This document shows positions 19,317 through 28,777 of a DNA stretch of 64,000 nucleotides, piece after piece. Numbering within the stretch: the stretch's first letter is position 1; the number at the start of each line of letters is the position of its first letter. Both the position numbers and the translations under genes were made by a program. Source of the stretch: an uncultured Candidatus Saccharibacteria bacterium (lineage in GTDB: Bacteria > Patescibacteriota > Minisyncoccia > Phycocordibacterales > UBA918); NCBI GenBank assembly GCA_964552045.1, contig CAZKFF010000003.1, positions 11,880-75,879 of the forward strand. Direction: 5' to 3'. Under the pieces are notes generated by a model. That model was given only the letters and a program-made list of their open reading frames with translations. It was not told where the DNA came from and searched no databases.

Positions 19317-20471
19317 ATGTCACGAGTTGCGATTTCGGAGTACGCGGCCAAGAAGCTCATTCTTGGCGAGGCGTATACGGGTATTACGGTTACACATGAA
19401 ACCATTGATGATGCTGTTTCTCAACTGGCAGATAGCAGAAAATATATCATCAAAATTGACGTTGGTATAAAAAAACGCGGAAAACAGGGCCTTATTTGGC
19501 TCAATGTCAGCAGATCTGATGCCAAAAAAGCGATACAGGAACTTTTTGACCTTGGGCACGGCCGTTGCGTGATCGAGGAGATGGTTCCACATGAAACCAA
19601 CGATGAGCGTTATGTGAGCATTGATCTGCAGCGGGAAGGGGCTTTGGTCCTGTATTCACACAAGGGCGGCGTCGAAATTGAAGATAATGCTGCGGAAATG
19701 CAGCGTTTTTCTGCACCACGCGCAGAAGTCCTTGCCGGGGAAACGACCCTTGTTACCCCCGATGTTCCGCTCAATTTCCTTTTGCGCGCCATGCAGCAGT
19801 TCCACTTCTCCTTTCTCGAGATCAATCCTTTCGTGGCTCTCAATAAAGATTTTCTGCCACTCGATATGGCTGTAGAGATTGATGATGCGAAAGCAGGCAG
19901 ATTGCCACAGTGGGCGCAGTCGCACATCATCAAGAAAGCTGATACTCCAGAGGAAAAGGCGGTACAGGCACAGGACGAGACCACTGCGGCAGCTTTGACT
20001 TTGAAGATACTCAATATAAATGGCTCTATTCTCACTCTTTTGTCGGGCGGCGGCGCGAGTCTGGTCACGATTGATGCGCTTGTGACGGCAGGACTACAGG
20101 AAAAAATCATTAACTATAGCGAGTACAGTGGTGCCCCGACACGTGATGAGACCCATGCATATGTGCATACCCTTTTAAAGGTTTTGTTTGCTTCAGAAGC
20201 ATCAAAAAAAGTTGTGCTCATTGCAGGGGGCGTCGCTAACTTTACCGATATTATGGCCACCTTTGAGGGCATTGTTGATGCTTTTACTGAGAATCTTGCG
20301 GAACTGAAGCGTCAGCACGTCTACGTCTGTGCTCGTCGCGGCGGCCCCAATCAGGAAAAGGGCCTTTCGCATTTGCGCAATTTCCTTGCGGAAAATGGTA
20401 TAGCGCATGATATTCATGATCCCTCCCTTTCGCTGGGTGATATTGCAACACTCGTGACACCACATCTATAG
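19317..20471 (+). CDS. aclB: ATP-citrate lyase small subunit (ATP-grasp, SucC-like)
   Basis: Collinear with ACLY N-terminus: MSRVAISEYAAKKLIL; IIKIDVGIKKRGKQGLIWLN; SHKGGVEIED; FLEINPFV; LLSGGGASLV; NYSEYSGAPT; VLIAGGVANFT; ARRGGPNQEKGL. Confidence 0.85.
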   Translation: MSRVAISEYAAKKLILGEAYTGITVTHETIDDAVSQLADSRKYIIKIDVGIKKRGKQGLIWLNVSRSDAKKAIQELFDLGHGRCVIEEMVPHETNDERYVSIDLQREGALVLYSHKGGVEIEDNAAEMQRFSAPRAEVLAGETTLVTPDVPLNFLLRAMQQFHFSFLEINPFVALNKDFLPLDMAVEIDDAKAGRLPQWAQSHIIKKADTPEEKAVQAQDETTAAALTLKILNINGSILTLLSGGGASLVTIDALVTAGLQEKIINYSEYSGAPTRDETHAYVHTLLKVLFASEASKKVVLIAGGVANFTDIMATFEGIVDAFTENLAELKRQHVYVCARRGGPNQEKGLSHLRNFLAENGIAHDIHDPSLSLGDIATLVTPHL

Positions 20472-20474
20472 ACT

Positions 20475-22196
20475 ATGATCAATATAATACGTGAAAAAGA
20501 GGCTAAAATAGTGGTTGCAGGCAACCATACAAAGATCATGCAATCCATTTTGGACTTTGATTATGCCGCAGGGAAAGCTCAGCCGAGTATAGTGGGCATT
20601 ATTTCAACGGGACGGAAAACCCAAAAGCTCTTCTGGGGTGATGGTGAGGTTCTCATTCCCGTATTTGAAACAGTAGAGTCGTCAAAAAAACTCGGAATAG
20701 AGCCAGATTTTCTGCTGTGTATCACTTCAGCCTCGAGCACACCCGTTATGGTTGATGCGTTTTTCACTGCATATCCCGATGCGCTCGGTGCGCACCTCTT
20801 TGCTGAAGGCGTGGCAGAGCGTGACGCCTTGTCGATCATTGAAAAATACGGAGATAAGCTCATTGCCGGCCCCTCAGGAGTCGGTCTGTGTATACCGGGA
20901 AGCCTGAAATTAGGTGCCGTTGGCGGTATTTTGGGAGAACGGCTTGCACAATTGGGATCCACCCGTGGATCGGTTGCAGTCGTGTGCAGTTCCGGCGGCA
21001 TGGTCAATGAGCTCATGTATCAGATAGTTGCCTCAGGTTCAGCGATCAGTTTCGCTACTGCTTTCGGTGGCGACCGTTTCCCCATCACTTCTCCACTCGA
21101 GTGGATCACAGAAGCCGAACATGACCCTGAAACAAAAGCGATCGTTTATTTCGGCGAGCTCGGCGGACGCGATGAGTACGATATTGTGGCTGCAATCAAG
21201 AATAAAGAGCTTACAAAGCCTGTTTTTGCCTATATAGCGGGACGTTTTGAGTCAAAGGATGAGAAGATCCAGTTCGGTCATGCCAAGGCTCTGGCTAAGG
21301 CCGAAGATGAAACCGCACAAGCAAAGATGGAAGCGCTCCGCAACGCCGGAGTGCATGTCAGCGATACCTTCGCTGAGTTCATGGCCTCGTTCGCTTCCCT
21401 TCCGAAGGATGTTACACGTGTAACAAACGCTCGGGAGTGGACCATGCGCAGAGCTTCTGTACGCCCGACTCATTTTTCTGCTCGAAAATACACTGGGGAA
21501 CAGGCTCCCAGCTTTACCGAGGCTATTATGCAGCGAATTCTTGGGAAAGAGACGGTTTCACGAGAAACAGTCGCGTTTGTGGATACAATTTTCGCTGAAC
21601 TTATCGACCATGGGCCTGCGGTCTCTGGCGCAGTAAATACTATGATCACCGCTCGGGCTGGCAGAGATATGGGCGCGAGCATTGCTTCGGGGATCCTCAC
21701 CATCGGTGACCGGTTCGGCGGTGCGATCAACAATGCGGCAAAAGTGTGGCATGAATCTGTTTCACATGGAACTTCCCCTCTTGATCTTGTAGCAACCTAC
21801 AGTAAGAATCGAGAATATATTCCTGGGATTGGCCATAAAAAATACAGCATTTATAAACCTGATCCTCGCGTAAGAACGTTTATTGAAGCTGGGAAACAGG
21901 CTCTGCGATACGCAAAGCACATGCAATTTGCCGAAGAAGTTGCACGTGAAACATCAAAAAAGCGGGCAAATCTTATATTAAATGTAGATGGAACCATTGC
22001 GGCGCTGCTTCTTGACTACCTATCTGAAAAGGAAATGTTCGACGTGGAACAAATTGAAGCGCTGCTTGAAATTGAATTCTTTAATTCACTCTTTATTATT
22101 CCCCGAACGGTAGGGTTTGTTGGACACTATCTCGACCAAAAGCGCATAGATGAAGGATTATTCCGGCTCGGCGATGGCGATATCTACGAGTATTAG
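20475..22196 (+). CDS. aclA: ATP-citrate lyase large subunit (CoA-binding/SucD-like domain with phospho-His, plus a C-terminal citrate-synthase-like citryl-CoA lyase domain)
   Basis: SucD-like VVCSSGGMVNELMYQ...FGGDRFP...FGHAKAL (catalytic His). C-terminus DHGPAVSGAVNTMITARAGRD...GIGHKKYSIYKPDPRV...ANLILNVDG...VGFVGHYLDQKRIDEGLFR closely matches the ACLY C-terminus. Confidence 0.85.
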   Translation: MINIIREKEAKIVVAGNHTKIMQSILDFDYAAGKAQPSIVGIISTGRKTQKLFWGDGEVLIPVFETVESSKKLGIEPDFLLCITSASSTPVMVDAFFTAYPDALGAHLFAEGVAERDALSIIEKYGDKLIAGPSGVGLCIPGSLKLGAVGGILGERLAQLGSTRGSVAVVCSSGGMVNELMYQIVASGSAISFATAFGGDRFPITSPLEWITEAEHDPETKAIVYFGELGGRDEYDIVAAIKNKELTKPVFAYIAGRFESKDEKIQFGHAKALAKAEDETAQAKMEALRNAGVHVSDTFAEFMASFASLPKDVTRVTNAREWTMRRASVRPTHFSARKYTGEQAPSFTEAIMQRILGKETVSRETVAFVDTIFAELIDHGPAVSGAVNTMITARAGRDMGASIASGILTIGDRFGGAINNAAKVWHESVSHGTSPLDLVATYSKNREYIPGIGHKKYSIYKPDPRVRTFIEAGKQALRYAKHMQFAEEVARETSKKRANLILNVDGTIAALLLDYLSEKEMFDVEQIEALLEIEFFNSLFIIPRTVGFVGHYLDQKRIDEGLFRLGDGDIYEY

Positions 22197-22210
22197 AGGA
22201 AGAAAATAAG

Positions 22211-22259
22211 GCACACATGAAACCGCCGAGCTTATGGCTCGGCGGTTTCATGTGTGCCA
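22211..22259. terminator. Strong terminator after aclA (22-bp perfect stem)
   Basis: ggcacacatgaaaccgccgagc-ttatg-gctcggcggtttcatgtgtgcc. Confidence 0.85.
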
Positions 22260-22452
22260 GTACCCGAGTGTACTCTTGGGTTGGGGAAAATTGTTGATAA
22301 GTCGGTGGATATGTGTATAAAGGACAGACCTTTATGGTATACTCGTCCTATAATGCAGCCAATATTTTCTTGATATTATTAGGATTGCGTATGCATTAAT
22401 ACTCTAGTTGGATGTAATTTCAGGTTTCACGTGAAACGTCCACGAGCTTACT

Positions 22453-22857
22453 ATGACTCAGTCATACACCACAAAGGAGATTGGAATATTGGGTGAGAAG
22501 ATCACTGCATTGTTTCTCATGAAACGAGGGTTTACCATTCTGGAACGCAACTACTGGAGAAAATGGGGGGAACTTGATCTGGTTGCCTCAAAAGACGGTA
22601 TGGTACATTTTATAGAGGTAAAGACTGCTTCATATGAATCGAGAGAAAAGCTTGAGTATGCTGTTTCCCATGAAACATGGCGGCCGGAAGAACGTGTGCA
22701 TCAGTTTAAGATCCACCAGATACATAAGGCTCTTGAAACATGGACCATGGATAATGCCTTTGAAGGGGAATGGGTCATTGATGTGGCCGCTGTTCGGGTT
22801 GTGCCACGTGAAACATACGCGTCCGTACGTTTTATCGAAAATATAGTGCAGGAATGA
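22453..22857 (+). CDS. yraN: YraN/UPF0102-family endonuclease-like protein
   Basis: GILGEKITALFLMKRGFTILERNYWRKWGELDLVASKDGMVHFIEVKTAS matches the YraN family signature (G..GE..A..YL...G..IL.RN.R...GEIDLIA...FVEVK). Confidence 0.7.
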   Translation: MTQSYTTKEIGILGEKITALFLMKRGFTILERNYWRKWGELDLVASKDGMVHFIEVKTASYESREKLEYAVSHETWRPEERVHQFKIHQIHKALETWTMDNAFEGEWVIDVAAVRVVPRETYASVRFIENIVQE

Positions 22858-22866
22858 GCTGCGCAG

Positions 22867-22892
22867 CTATAAAGGACATATGTCCTTTATAG
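22867..22892. repeat. 26-bp perfect palindrome ctataaaggacatatgtcctttatag immediately after the yraN stop
   Basis: Read directly. Shares the TAAAGGACA half-site with the 13262 and 13328 palindromes and with a copy overlapping a -10-like TATAAA at about 22316-22335. Confidence 0.6.
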
Positions 22893-23888
22893 CGAGGAAG
22901 CCAACGGGGGAGTCACGATCTCTTTACCGGCGCCGATATCGTCTTCATCCTGTATCTCGTACTGAATGATCTCTTCAATGATATCTTCAAGGGTGATCAC
23001 CCCGACGCACGCATCTTCTGTGGTATATACCACCGCCAGGTGTCGTTTTTGTTTAAGCATCCGTGAAAGCACCTCATCAAGCAGCTGATGAGCCCGTACC
23101 TTGAGAAATCTTCGTTCGAACGCCGCTTCAGTATCTTTGACCGCAATATCCTCATCCTCAACAAGGAGGTCTTTGGTATACAAAATACCTATGATATTAG
23201 CTCTTCTTTTTTGATAGATAGGGTAGCGGGAGTAGCCAAGATTTGCAGCCTCCTCGATAAAAGCACGCGTAAGCCGCTGCTCACAATCAAACATGGCAAC
23301 CGCATCAAGCGGAGTCATGACCTCAGACACTTTCCGGTGGGAGAATTTCAGTGCGCCGTGCAAAATACGTTCCTCATCGGCATCTATGGGGCTGTGTTCA
23401 GATTCCTCATGTTCAGAAATAATGTGCATGAGTTCGTTCTTGCTGTACATGCGCGGCAATTCATTCCCAAGGACCATATCTAAAATATAGGAAATAGGCC
23501 ATGCAACAGGGTAGAATACGAATATTGCCAGACGCACCAGGGGAGAGGCAAGGGCGCACAACCGCATGGCGTGGCGGGAGAAGATGGCCTGCGGCGTGAT
23601 CTCTCCAAAGACGAAAATAACTGCCGTAGCAATAAATCCTGCGGCAACACTCTCAAAAAGCGTTCCAAGATAGACCGCCAGGGCGGTGTTCACGGTTACG
23701 TTCCCAAGAAGCAGCGTTGTAAGCAACAGATTTCCCCTTTGTCGCAAAGGGTAGATCTTCGCCGCCTGGGTGTCGCCAAGTTCCGCCCGGCGCTTAAGCG
23801 TGTGCGGATCGAAGGTAAAAAGCCCAAGGGTCAAGCCGGAGAAGAGGGCCGAGAGGGAAATAAGCACGAGTGCTATAAGGTAGTCCAT
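22887..23888 (-). CDS. CNNM/CorC-family transporter (DUF21 TM domain, CBS pair, CorC-HlyC domain)
   Basis: N-terminal 4-TM DUF21 region, then CBS-like segments and a C-terminal transporter-associated domain (HLAVVYTTEDACVGVITLEDIIEEI). Confidence 0.8.
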   Translation of the reverse strand: MDYLIALVLISLSALFSGLTLGLFTFDPHTLKRRAELGDTQAAKIYPLRQRGNLLLTTLLLGNVTVNTALAVYLGTLFESVAAGFIATAVIFVFGEITPQAIFSRHAMRLCALASPLVRLAIFVFYPVAWPISYILDMVLGNELPRMYSKNELMHIISEHEESEHSPIDADEERILHGALKFSHRKVSEVMTPLDAVAMFDCEQRLTRAFIEEAANLGYSRYPIYQKRRANIIGILYTKDLLVEDEDIAVKDTEAAFERRFLKVRAHQLLDEVLSRMLKQKRHLAVVYTTEDACVGVITLEDIIEEIIQYEIQDEDDIGAGKEIVTPPLASSL

Positions 23889-24071
23889 TGAGGAATATGA
23901 AGTATAGCATATTTTGGGGTTTTTGAAGGAGAGGGAGTTTCCTCAACGGGCGGAAAGGCGGGAATCTTTCTCTACGGGAACGGTATAGTCTTCACATCTC
24001 ATTTCCCAGAGGCTCGTTGCGATATGCTCAGGCTCTTCGATTCCCGGACACAAGCAAAGCAGTTTGCTTGT

Positions 24072-24129
24072 GCTCCCCGACAAATAATAAAGGCTCTCTT
24101 TCGAGAGCCTTTATTATTTGTCGGGGAGC
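24072..24129. terminator. 58-bp perfect palindrome (27-bp arms) forming the tRNA-Pro terminator; its arm includes the last 9 nt of the tRNA
   Basis: gctccccgacaaataataaaggctctc-tttc-gagagcctttattatttgtcggggagc. The right arm overlaps the tRNA-Pro 3' acceptor end. Confidence 0.6.
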
Positions 24130-24191
24130 CGGGAATCGAACCCGGACCACACGGTCCCAAACCGCGTACACTACCACTATGCTACACCCCG
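24121..24191 (-). tRNA. tRNA-Pro (anticodon TGG), no encoded CCA
   Basis: Reverse complement folds as CGGGGTG-TA-GCAT-AGTGGTA-GTGT-A-CGCGG-TTTGGGA-CCGTG-TGGT-CCGGG-TTCGATT-CCCGG-CTCCCCG-A, with one acceptor T-T mismatch. Confidence 0.8.
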
Positions 24192-24409
24192 ATGCAGCGA
24201 GAGTCGTGGCGTGCGAATGTCAAACGAAAATTATGGCTGGAAGAAAGATTACTTTCTTTTTAGCCATAATTTTCGTTTGATGCACGCTTCGCGTGCAGCA
24301 CGACATGACCGAGCAAAGAGAGGGTGCACGCTCTGCTTACACCCCGACTTTTTGCCGCAAAATCATACCACTGTAATCTAAAAAATGCGAGTATTTCGAG
24401 GCTAATTTT

Positions 24410-25030
24410 TTGTCTGCTACAATGTGTCGTGTGAATGTAACTGTCGATACATACAACAAAGCAGCCCGAGCGTATGCTGATAAATTTGATACCATTGGCT
24501 CACGTCGGACAGATATAGAGCGGGCATTCGCTTTGCGCAATAAGGGTTCAGAGTGTTCGGTTGTTGAGTGGGGTTGCGGTAACGGGCGCGATGCTCAGGT
24601 GATCTTGGAATTCACCAGTCGATTCATCGGGATCGATGCATCAGCAGCAATGATCGCGCTTGCAAAAGAGTCTTTGCCGGATGCGGATTTGAGAGTGGCA
24701 GACATACGTGCATTTGAAATACCTCAAGACACCGATATTATCATTGCTTTCGCTTCGCTACTGCACCTCAATAAAGAAGCAGTTACGGTGATATTGAGTG
24801 AGACCCATCCGCGTATGGCTCAAGAGGGGATAGTGTACATCTCCCTCAAGCGCGCTGGATACGAAGAACGTATAGTCACGGATGAACATGGGCCACGCGT
24901 CTTTTATTTCTATGAGCGTAAAGATATTGAGGAAATGATAAGGGGATTGTATGAAGTTATCTGGTACGAAGAACAATTGTTAAAAGGTGTAGAATGGCTT
25001 ACTGTCGCGTTAAGAAAAAATGACAAATGA
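24410..25030 (+). CDS. Class I SAM-dependent methyltransferase
   Basis: Motif I VVEWGCGNGRD and a post-I acidic residue (IGIDAS). Confidence 0.7.
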   Translation: MSATMCRVNVTVDTYNKAARAYADKFDTIGSRRTDIERAFALRNKGSECSVVEWGCGNGRDAQVILEFTSRFIGIDASAAMIALAKESLPDADLRVADIRAFEIPQDTDIIIAFASLLHLNKEAVTVILSETHPRMAQEGIVYISLKRAGYEERIVTDEHGPRVFYFYERKDIEEMIRGLYEVIWYEEQLLKGVEWLTVALRKNDK

Positions 25031-25950
25031 TCACCCATTATTTCAAGACAATAAAAGATACGGAACTGAAAGTACTCGACGCGGTACGCACCGGCGTATG
25101 GACGCATGTGGTTGCGCCGTCTGACGAGGAAGTAGTGCAGATCGCCCAGCAGTATGCGCTTGATGATGCAGTACTTGAGGACGCACGGGACTTTTTCGAG
25201 GTGCCTCGCCTGGAGCGTTCTGGGGGATTCACGTATTTCTTCACCAGGTATCCGTTCGATGAAAAGGATGAAGACAGCGGAACAGCGCCGCTTCTGGTAG
25301 TGATGGGCGAGTCATTCGTGCTGACTTTTGCGCTCCGCGAAGTGCCACAGTTCAGGCCATTCATTGAAGGGAAGACCGATGTGGTAACCACGCAAAAGGC
25401 AAAGTTCTTCATACAAATAATGGATAGCATCACGCGTTCGTATGAACGTGACCTCGTGAAGTTCCGCAAATCCGTGCAGAAGGACCGGGCGCGGCTGCGC
25501 AAGATCGGCTCGCGCGAGATCGAACGTCTGGTGAACTTCGAAAACGATCTCAACGATATCATCACGGCGCTTGTGCCGACCAACAGTTCGCTGCAGCAGA
25601 TAACCAATGGCAATTACATGCAGCTCTATAACGAGGATGTTGAGCTTATGCAGGATTTGATGATCGCCAACAGCCAGCTTGTGGATTCCGCGCGTTCGGT
25701 GCTCAAGACCATACAGAATATTCGCACGGCAGCGGAATCGATCCTAACGCATAAGCTCAACACGACCATCCGCACGCTGACGGTCCTCACGATCCTGCTC
25801 ACCATTCCCACGATCATCGCGTCGTTGTACGGCATGAATGTGCCGCTTCCGTTCGGCAATCACCCGTATGCATTTTTCTTTGTTATGGGGGCTATTCTTG
25901 CAGCAGTAGGAATGACGGTTCTGTTGTTCAGACATCATAAATGGCTATAG
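25027..25950 (+). CDS. corA: CorA-family Mg2+/Co2+ transporter
   Basis: Two C-terminal TM helices with the signature YGMNVPLP (GMN motif). Confidence 0.85.
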   Translation: MITHYFKTIKDTELKVLDAVRTGVWTHVVAPSDEEVVQIAQQYALDDAVLEDARDFFEVPRLERSGGFTYFFTRYPFDEKDEDSGTAPLLVVMGESFVLTFALREVPQFRPFIEGKTDVVTTQKAKFFIQIMDSITRSYERDLVKFRKSVQKDRARLRKIGSREIERLVNFENDLNDIITALVPTNSSLQQITNGNYMQLYNEDVELMQDLMIANSQLVDSARSVLKTIQNIRTAAESILTHKLNTTIRTLTVLTILLTIPTIIASLYGMNVPLPFGNHPYAFFFVMGAILAAVGMTVLLFRHHKWL

Positions 25951-26561
25951 ATACCATGCAACAAGTCATTTTCATCCATGGGGGAGAGGCGTTCAGTGAT
26001 TACGGCGTATTTTTGGAATATCTTAAGAATGAGACAATTGATCCCTATGAGAAGCCGTCAAAGCGCTGGCATAAGGCGTTGCCTGAGGATCTCGGTGACA
26101 CATATGAGGTATTTCTGCCCCAGATGCCGAACGCAGAAAATGCTCACTATGCTGAATGGAAGATCTGGTTTGAAAAGTATATTCCGGTCCTGCGCGACGG
26201 AGTGATTCTGATCGGCCATTCGCAGGGCGGATACTTTTTGGTGAAATACCTCACAGAAAACGGGTTCCCCGTCTCCATCAAAGCACTGTATCTGGTTGCT
26301 GCGCCATTTGAGGCTGATACCTTCGAAGGCGGGGAGGACGGCGGCGACTTCGCATTCGATACATCCCGTGTTCCAGAATTGCAGAATATGGCTGAAAACA
26401 TAGGCATTTTTCACTCAAAAGATGATTTCGTCGTGCCGTATGCGCATGCCCTGAAGTATGGAGAGGCGCTTCCGCAGGCCAAACTTCGCCTGTTTGAAGA
26501 CCGGGTCCACTTTTGGCAGGAGTCGTTCCCTGAGCTTATTGCGGACATCAAAGCGTTGTAG
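25941..26561 (+). CDS. Alpha/beta-hydrolase, YdeN/RBBP9-like serine hydrolase (probable start MQQVIF near 25956)
   Basis: Nucleophile elbow GHSQGG, then a later Asp and His (FHSKDD...VHFWQE). Confidence 0.7.
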   Translation: MAIDTMQQVIFIHGGEAFSDYGVFLEYLKNETIDPYEKPSKRWHKALPEDLGDTYEVFLPQMPNAENAHYAEWKIWFEKYIPVLRDGVILIGHSQGGYFLVKYLTENGFPVSIKALYLVAAPFEADTFEGGEDGGDFAFDTSRVPELQNMAENIGIFHSKDDFVVPYAHALKYGEALPQAKLRLFEDRVHFWQESFPELIADIKAL

Positions 26562-26691
26562 CTCAGCATGGCTTCTGCTTCGGGACATTATGCAAAAGAG
26601 CTTTGATTTTTGAGGTTTTTTGGCAGTTGCACACAGGATTCTCGTGTAAGAAAGGAGTATTCACCCCGTCTTCACGTATAATGGTTCACAT

Positions 26692-27276
26692 ATGCGGCGT
26701 AGCGAGAGCAAAGACAGCATAAAAGTGGGCCACGAAGAGCGTTTTTTGAAAGCTTTCGAGGAATATAGTGATGCCTTGTTCAGGCACGCATTTCTCCGTA
26801 TAAGCGATCGCGAACGGGCTATTGATGTCGTCCACGATACATACACAAAGGTGTGGTCGTATGTGCGTTCGGGACACGATATCGAGTCGTTCAGGCCTTT
26901 TTTGTATAAAGTGCTCAACAATCTCATTATTGACGAGTACCGCAAGACCAAAGAAGCCTCACTGGACGCGCTGTTCGAGATCGAGGGAGTGGATGAAGGA
27001 TCATTCGATGATCTGACCTCCGACAATGTTGAATCACTCGCTGCAACGCTGGACGGGAAACAGGCGTTTGCAATGCTCGAAGAGCTTCCAGACACCTATC
27101 GTGAAGTGCTCATTCTCAGATTTGTCGATGAACTTGGTCCAAAAGAGATCAGCAACCTCATTGAAGAATCTGAAAATGTCGTCTCGGTACGTCTGCACAG
27201 AGGACTTCGGCTACTGAGAGAGCGTATCGAAGCCCGAGAGAAAGAAATCGAAAAGGGACGCACAAAGAAAACATAA
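26692..27276 (+). CDS. ECF-subfamily RNA polymerase sigma-70 factor
   Basis: Region 2 (FLRISDRERAIDVVHDTYTKVW) and region 4 HTH (YREVLILRFVDELGPKEISNLIEESENVVSVRLHRGLRLL). Confidence 0.8.
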   Translation: MRRSESKDSIKVGHEERFLKAFEEYSDALFRHAFLRISDRERAIDVVHDTYTKVWSYVRSGHDIESFRPFLYKVLNNLIIDEYRKTKEASLDALFEIEGVDEGSFDDLTSDNVESLAATLDGKQAFAMLEELPDTYREVLILRFVDELGPKEISNLIEESENVVSVRLHRGLRLLRERIEAREKEIEKGRTKKT

Positions 27277-27283
27277 TTTTATA

Positions 27284-28777
27284 ATGAAGCGTTTTAGCGA
27301 ACAATTTAAGAAACAGTCCGATTCCATCAGCATGAAGGCGTCGGAGCGGAATGCGCTTAAGGAGCGCGTGCTCTCGTATATGGAGTATCATCCGCTTCCG
27401 CTGGAGTTGCAGCAGGCGGCAACGGCGACACGGAAGGAATACATTGCTTCCGAGCCGTTCCGTGCGCTTCACCTGAATTCCCTGTATGTCCGCAGTTTGG
27501 CGGGCGTGTTCGCCGTGGTGATGATCGTCGGCGTGCCATTTATCGCAGAACGGTCTATGCCCGGAGATGTGCTCTATCCGGTGAAAGTGCAGTTCAATGA
27601 GGAGCTTCGATCCTCTCTTTCGCTTTCACCGTATGCGAAGGTCGCGTGGGAAACCGAGCGCCTAGAGCGGCGGCTTGCTGAGGCCCGCCTGCTCGCAAGC
27701 GAAGGCAAGTTCACTCAGGAGGCTGAAGATAAGGTCGCGCAGGCGGTGAAGGATCATACCGATGCGGCACAGCGGGAGATCGCACAGATACGGCAGAATG
27801 ACAGCGACGAGGCGGCCATCGCAGAGATCACGTTTGCATCCGCTCTGGCCGTGCAGACCGAAGTGCTCGAAGGACATCTTGAGAAGGACAATACAGACAA
27901 CAACAGCGACGGTTCAGTTGCGGCAATCGCACAAGTGGTAGCAGAAGCCCGCAATACCGCAGTAGCAGCACAGAGCGACGCCCATCCTTCGTACGCGAAG
28001 CTCCTGGGGCACGTTGAAGCGGAATCAACGCATGTGTATGAACTCTTCGCGTCGGTAGAAAACGATGCTTCGCGCGAAGAGGTGGAGGACGTGAAGCGCC
28101 GTATCGCGGATATCGAGCGGAAAGTGGCGCAGGCAGCAGCCATCAAAGACGGCAAAGCCGCCGATGCGGAAGCAGTCGCACCGGCTCTTATGTCCACGAT
28201 GTCGTCTGCAGCGACAGATACGAGCACATCGACTCTCCCGGAAGAAACCGCTTCGTCTGCTTTGGATACTGCACAGGAGGAAGCTCCGATGAAAAAGGAA
28301 GCGGTGCCTGAAGAAGCGGTCTCTGAAGCCGATGCGGAAGCGGAATCCATAGCCCTGCTGCGTTCTGCGCTCACTGATATCCAGAAACTGTTGAGCTATA
28401 TGACTCATATTGATGTGCGTGAGAATGTTTCGATCGAAGAACTGGTGCCCATAACGCTGACCCCGCAGGAAGAGGCTGAAGCCTTCACAGAACTGCTCAA
28501 TAAGACCGTCGCCATACAGGAGGAGGTCGGCGCGCGCGAGGTGAAGCCGCAGCAGCTTGAAAAGATAACGGCAGGACAGCAGGAGCTCGAAATACAGATA
28601 GCGGAAGCAGTCGCCCGTATGGAAGCAGGCGATACTGAAGGGGCATATGCACAGCTTGAAGAGGCGTACGCACTCGCTTCTGATCTTGATGCGCTTACGA
28701 AACATGCTCCGCTGAAGGAGGCTCCGGTTCTGGAGGCACAGGAAGGGACATCAACTCCAGAAGAAACTCTGCAATAG
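27284..28777 (+). CDS. Putative membrane-anchored anti-sigma factor-like protein with a long acidic Ala/Glu-rich extracytoplasmic domain
   Basis: Immediately downstream of the ECF sigma. Single TM (LAGVFAVVMIVGVPFI). No conserved catalytic motif. Confidence 0.5.
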   Translation: MKRFSEQFKKQSDSISMKASERNALKERVLSYMEYHPLPLELQQAATATRKEYIASEPFRALHLNSLYVRSLAGVFAVVMIVGVPFIAERSMPGDVLYPVKVQFNEELRSSLSLSPYAKVAWETERLERRLAEARLLASEGKFTQEAEDKVAQAVKDHTDAAQREIAQIRQNDSDEAAIAEITFASALAVQTEVLEGHLEKDNTDNNSDGSVAAIAQVVAEARNTAVAAQSDAHPSYAKLLGHVEAESTHVYELFASVENDASREEVEDVKRRIADIERKVAQAAAIKDGKAADAEAVAPALMSTMSSAATDTSTSTLPEETASSALDTAQEEAPMKKEAVPEEAVSEADAEAESIALLRSALTDIQKLLSYMTHIDVRENVSIEELVPITLTPQEEAEAFTELLNKTVAIQEEVGAREVKPQQLEKITAGQQELEIQIAEAVARMEAGDTEGAYAQLEEAYALASDLDALTKHAPLKEAPVLEAQEGTSTPEETLQ

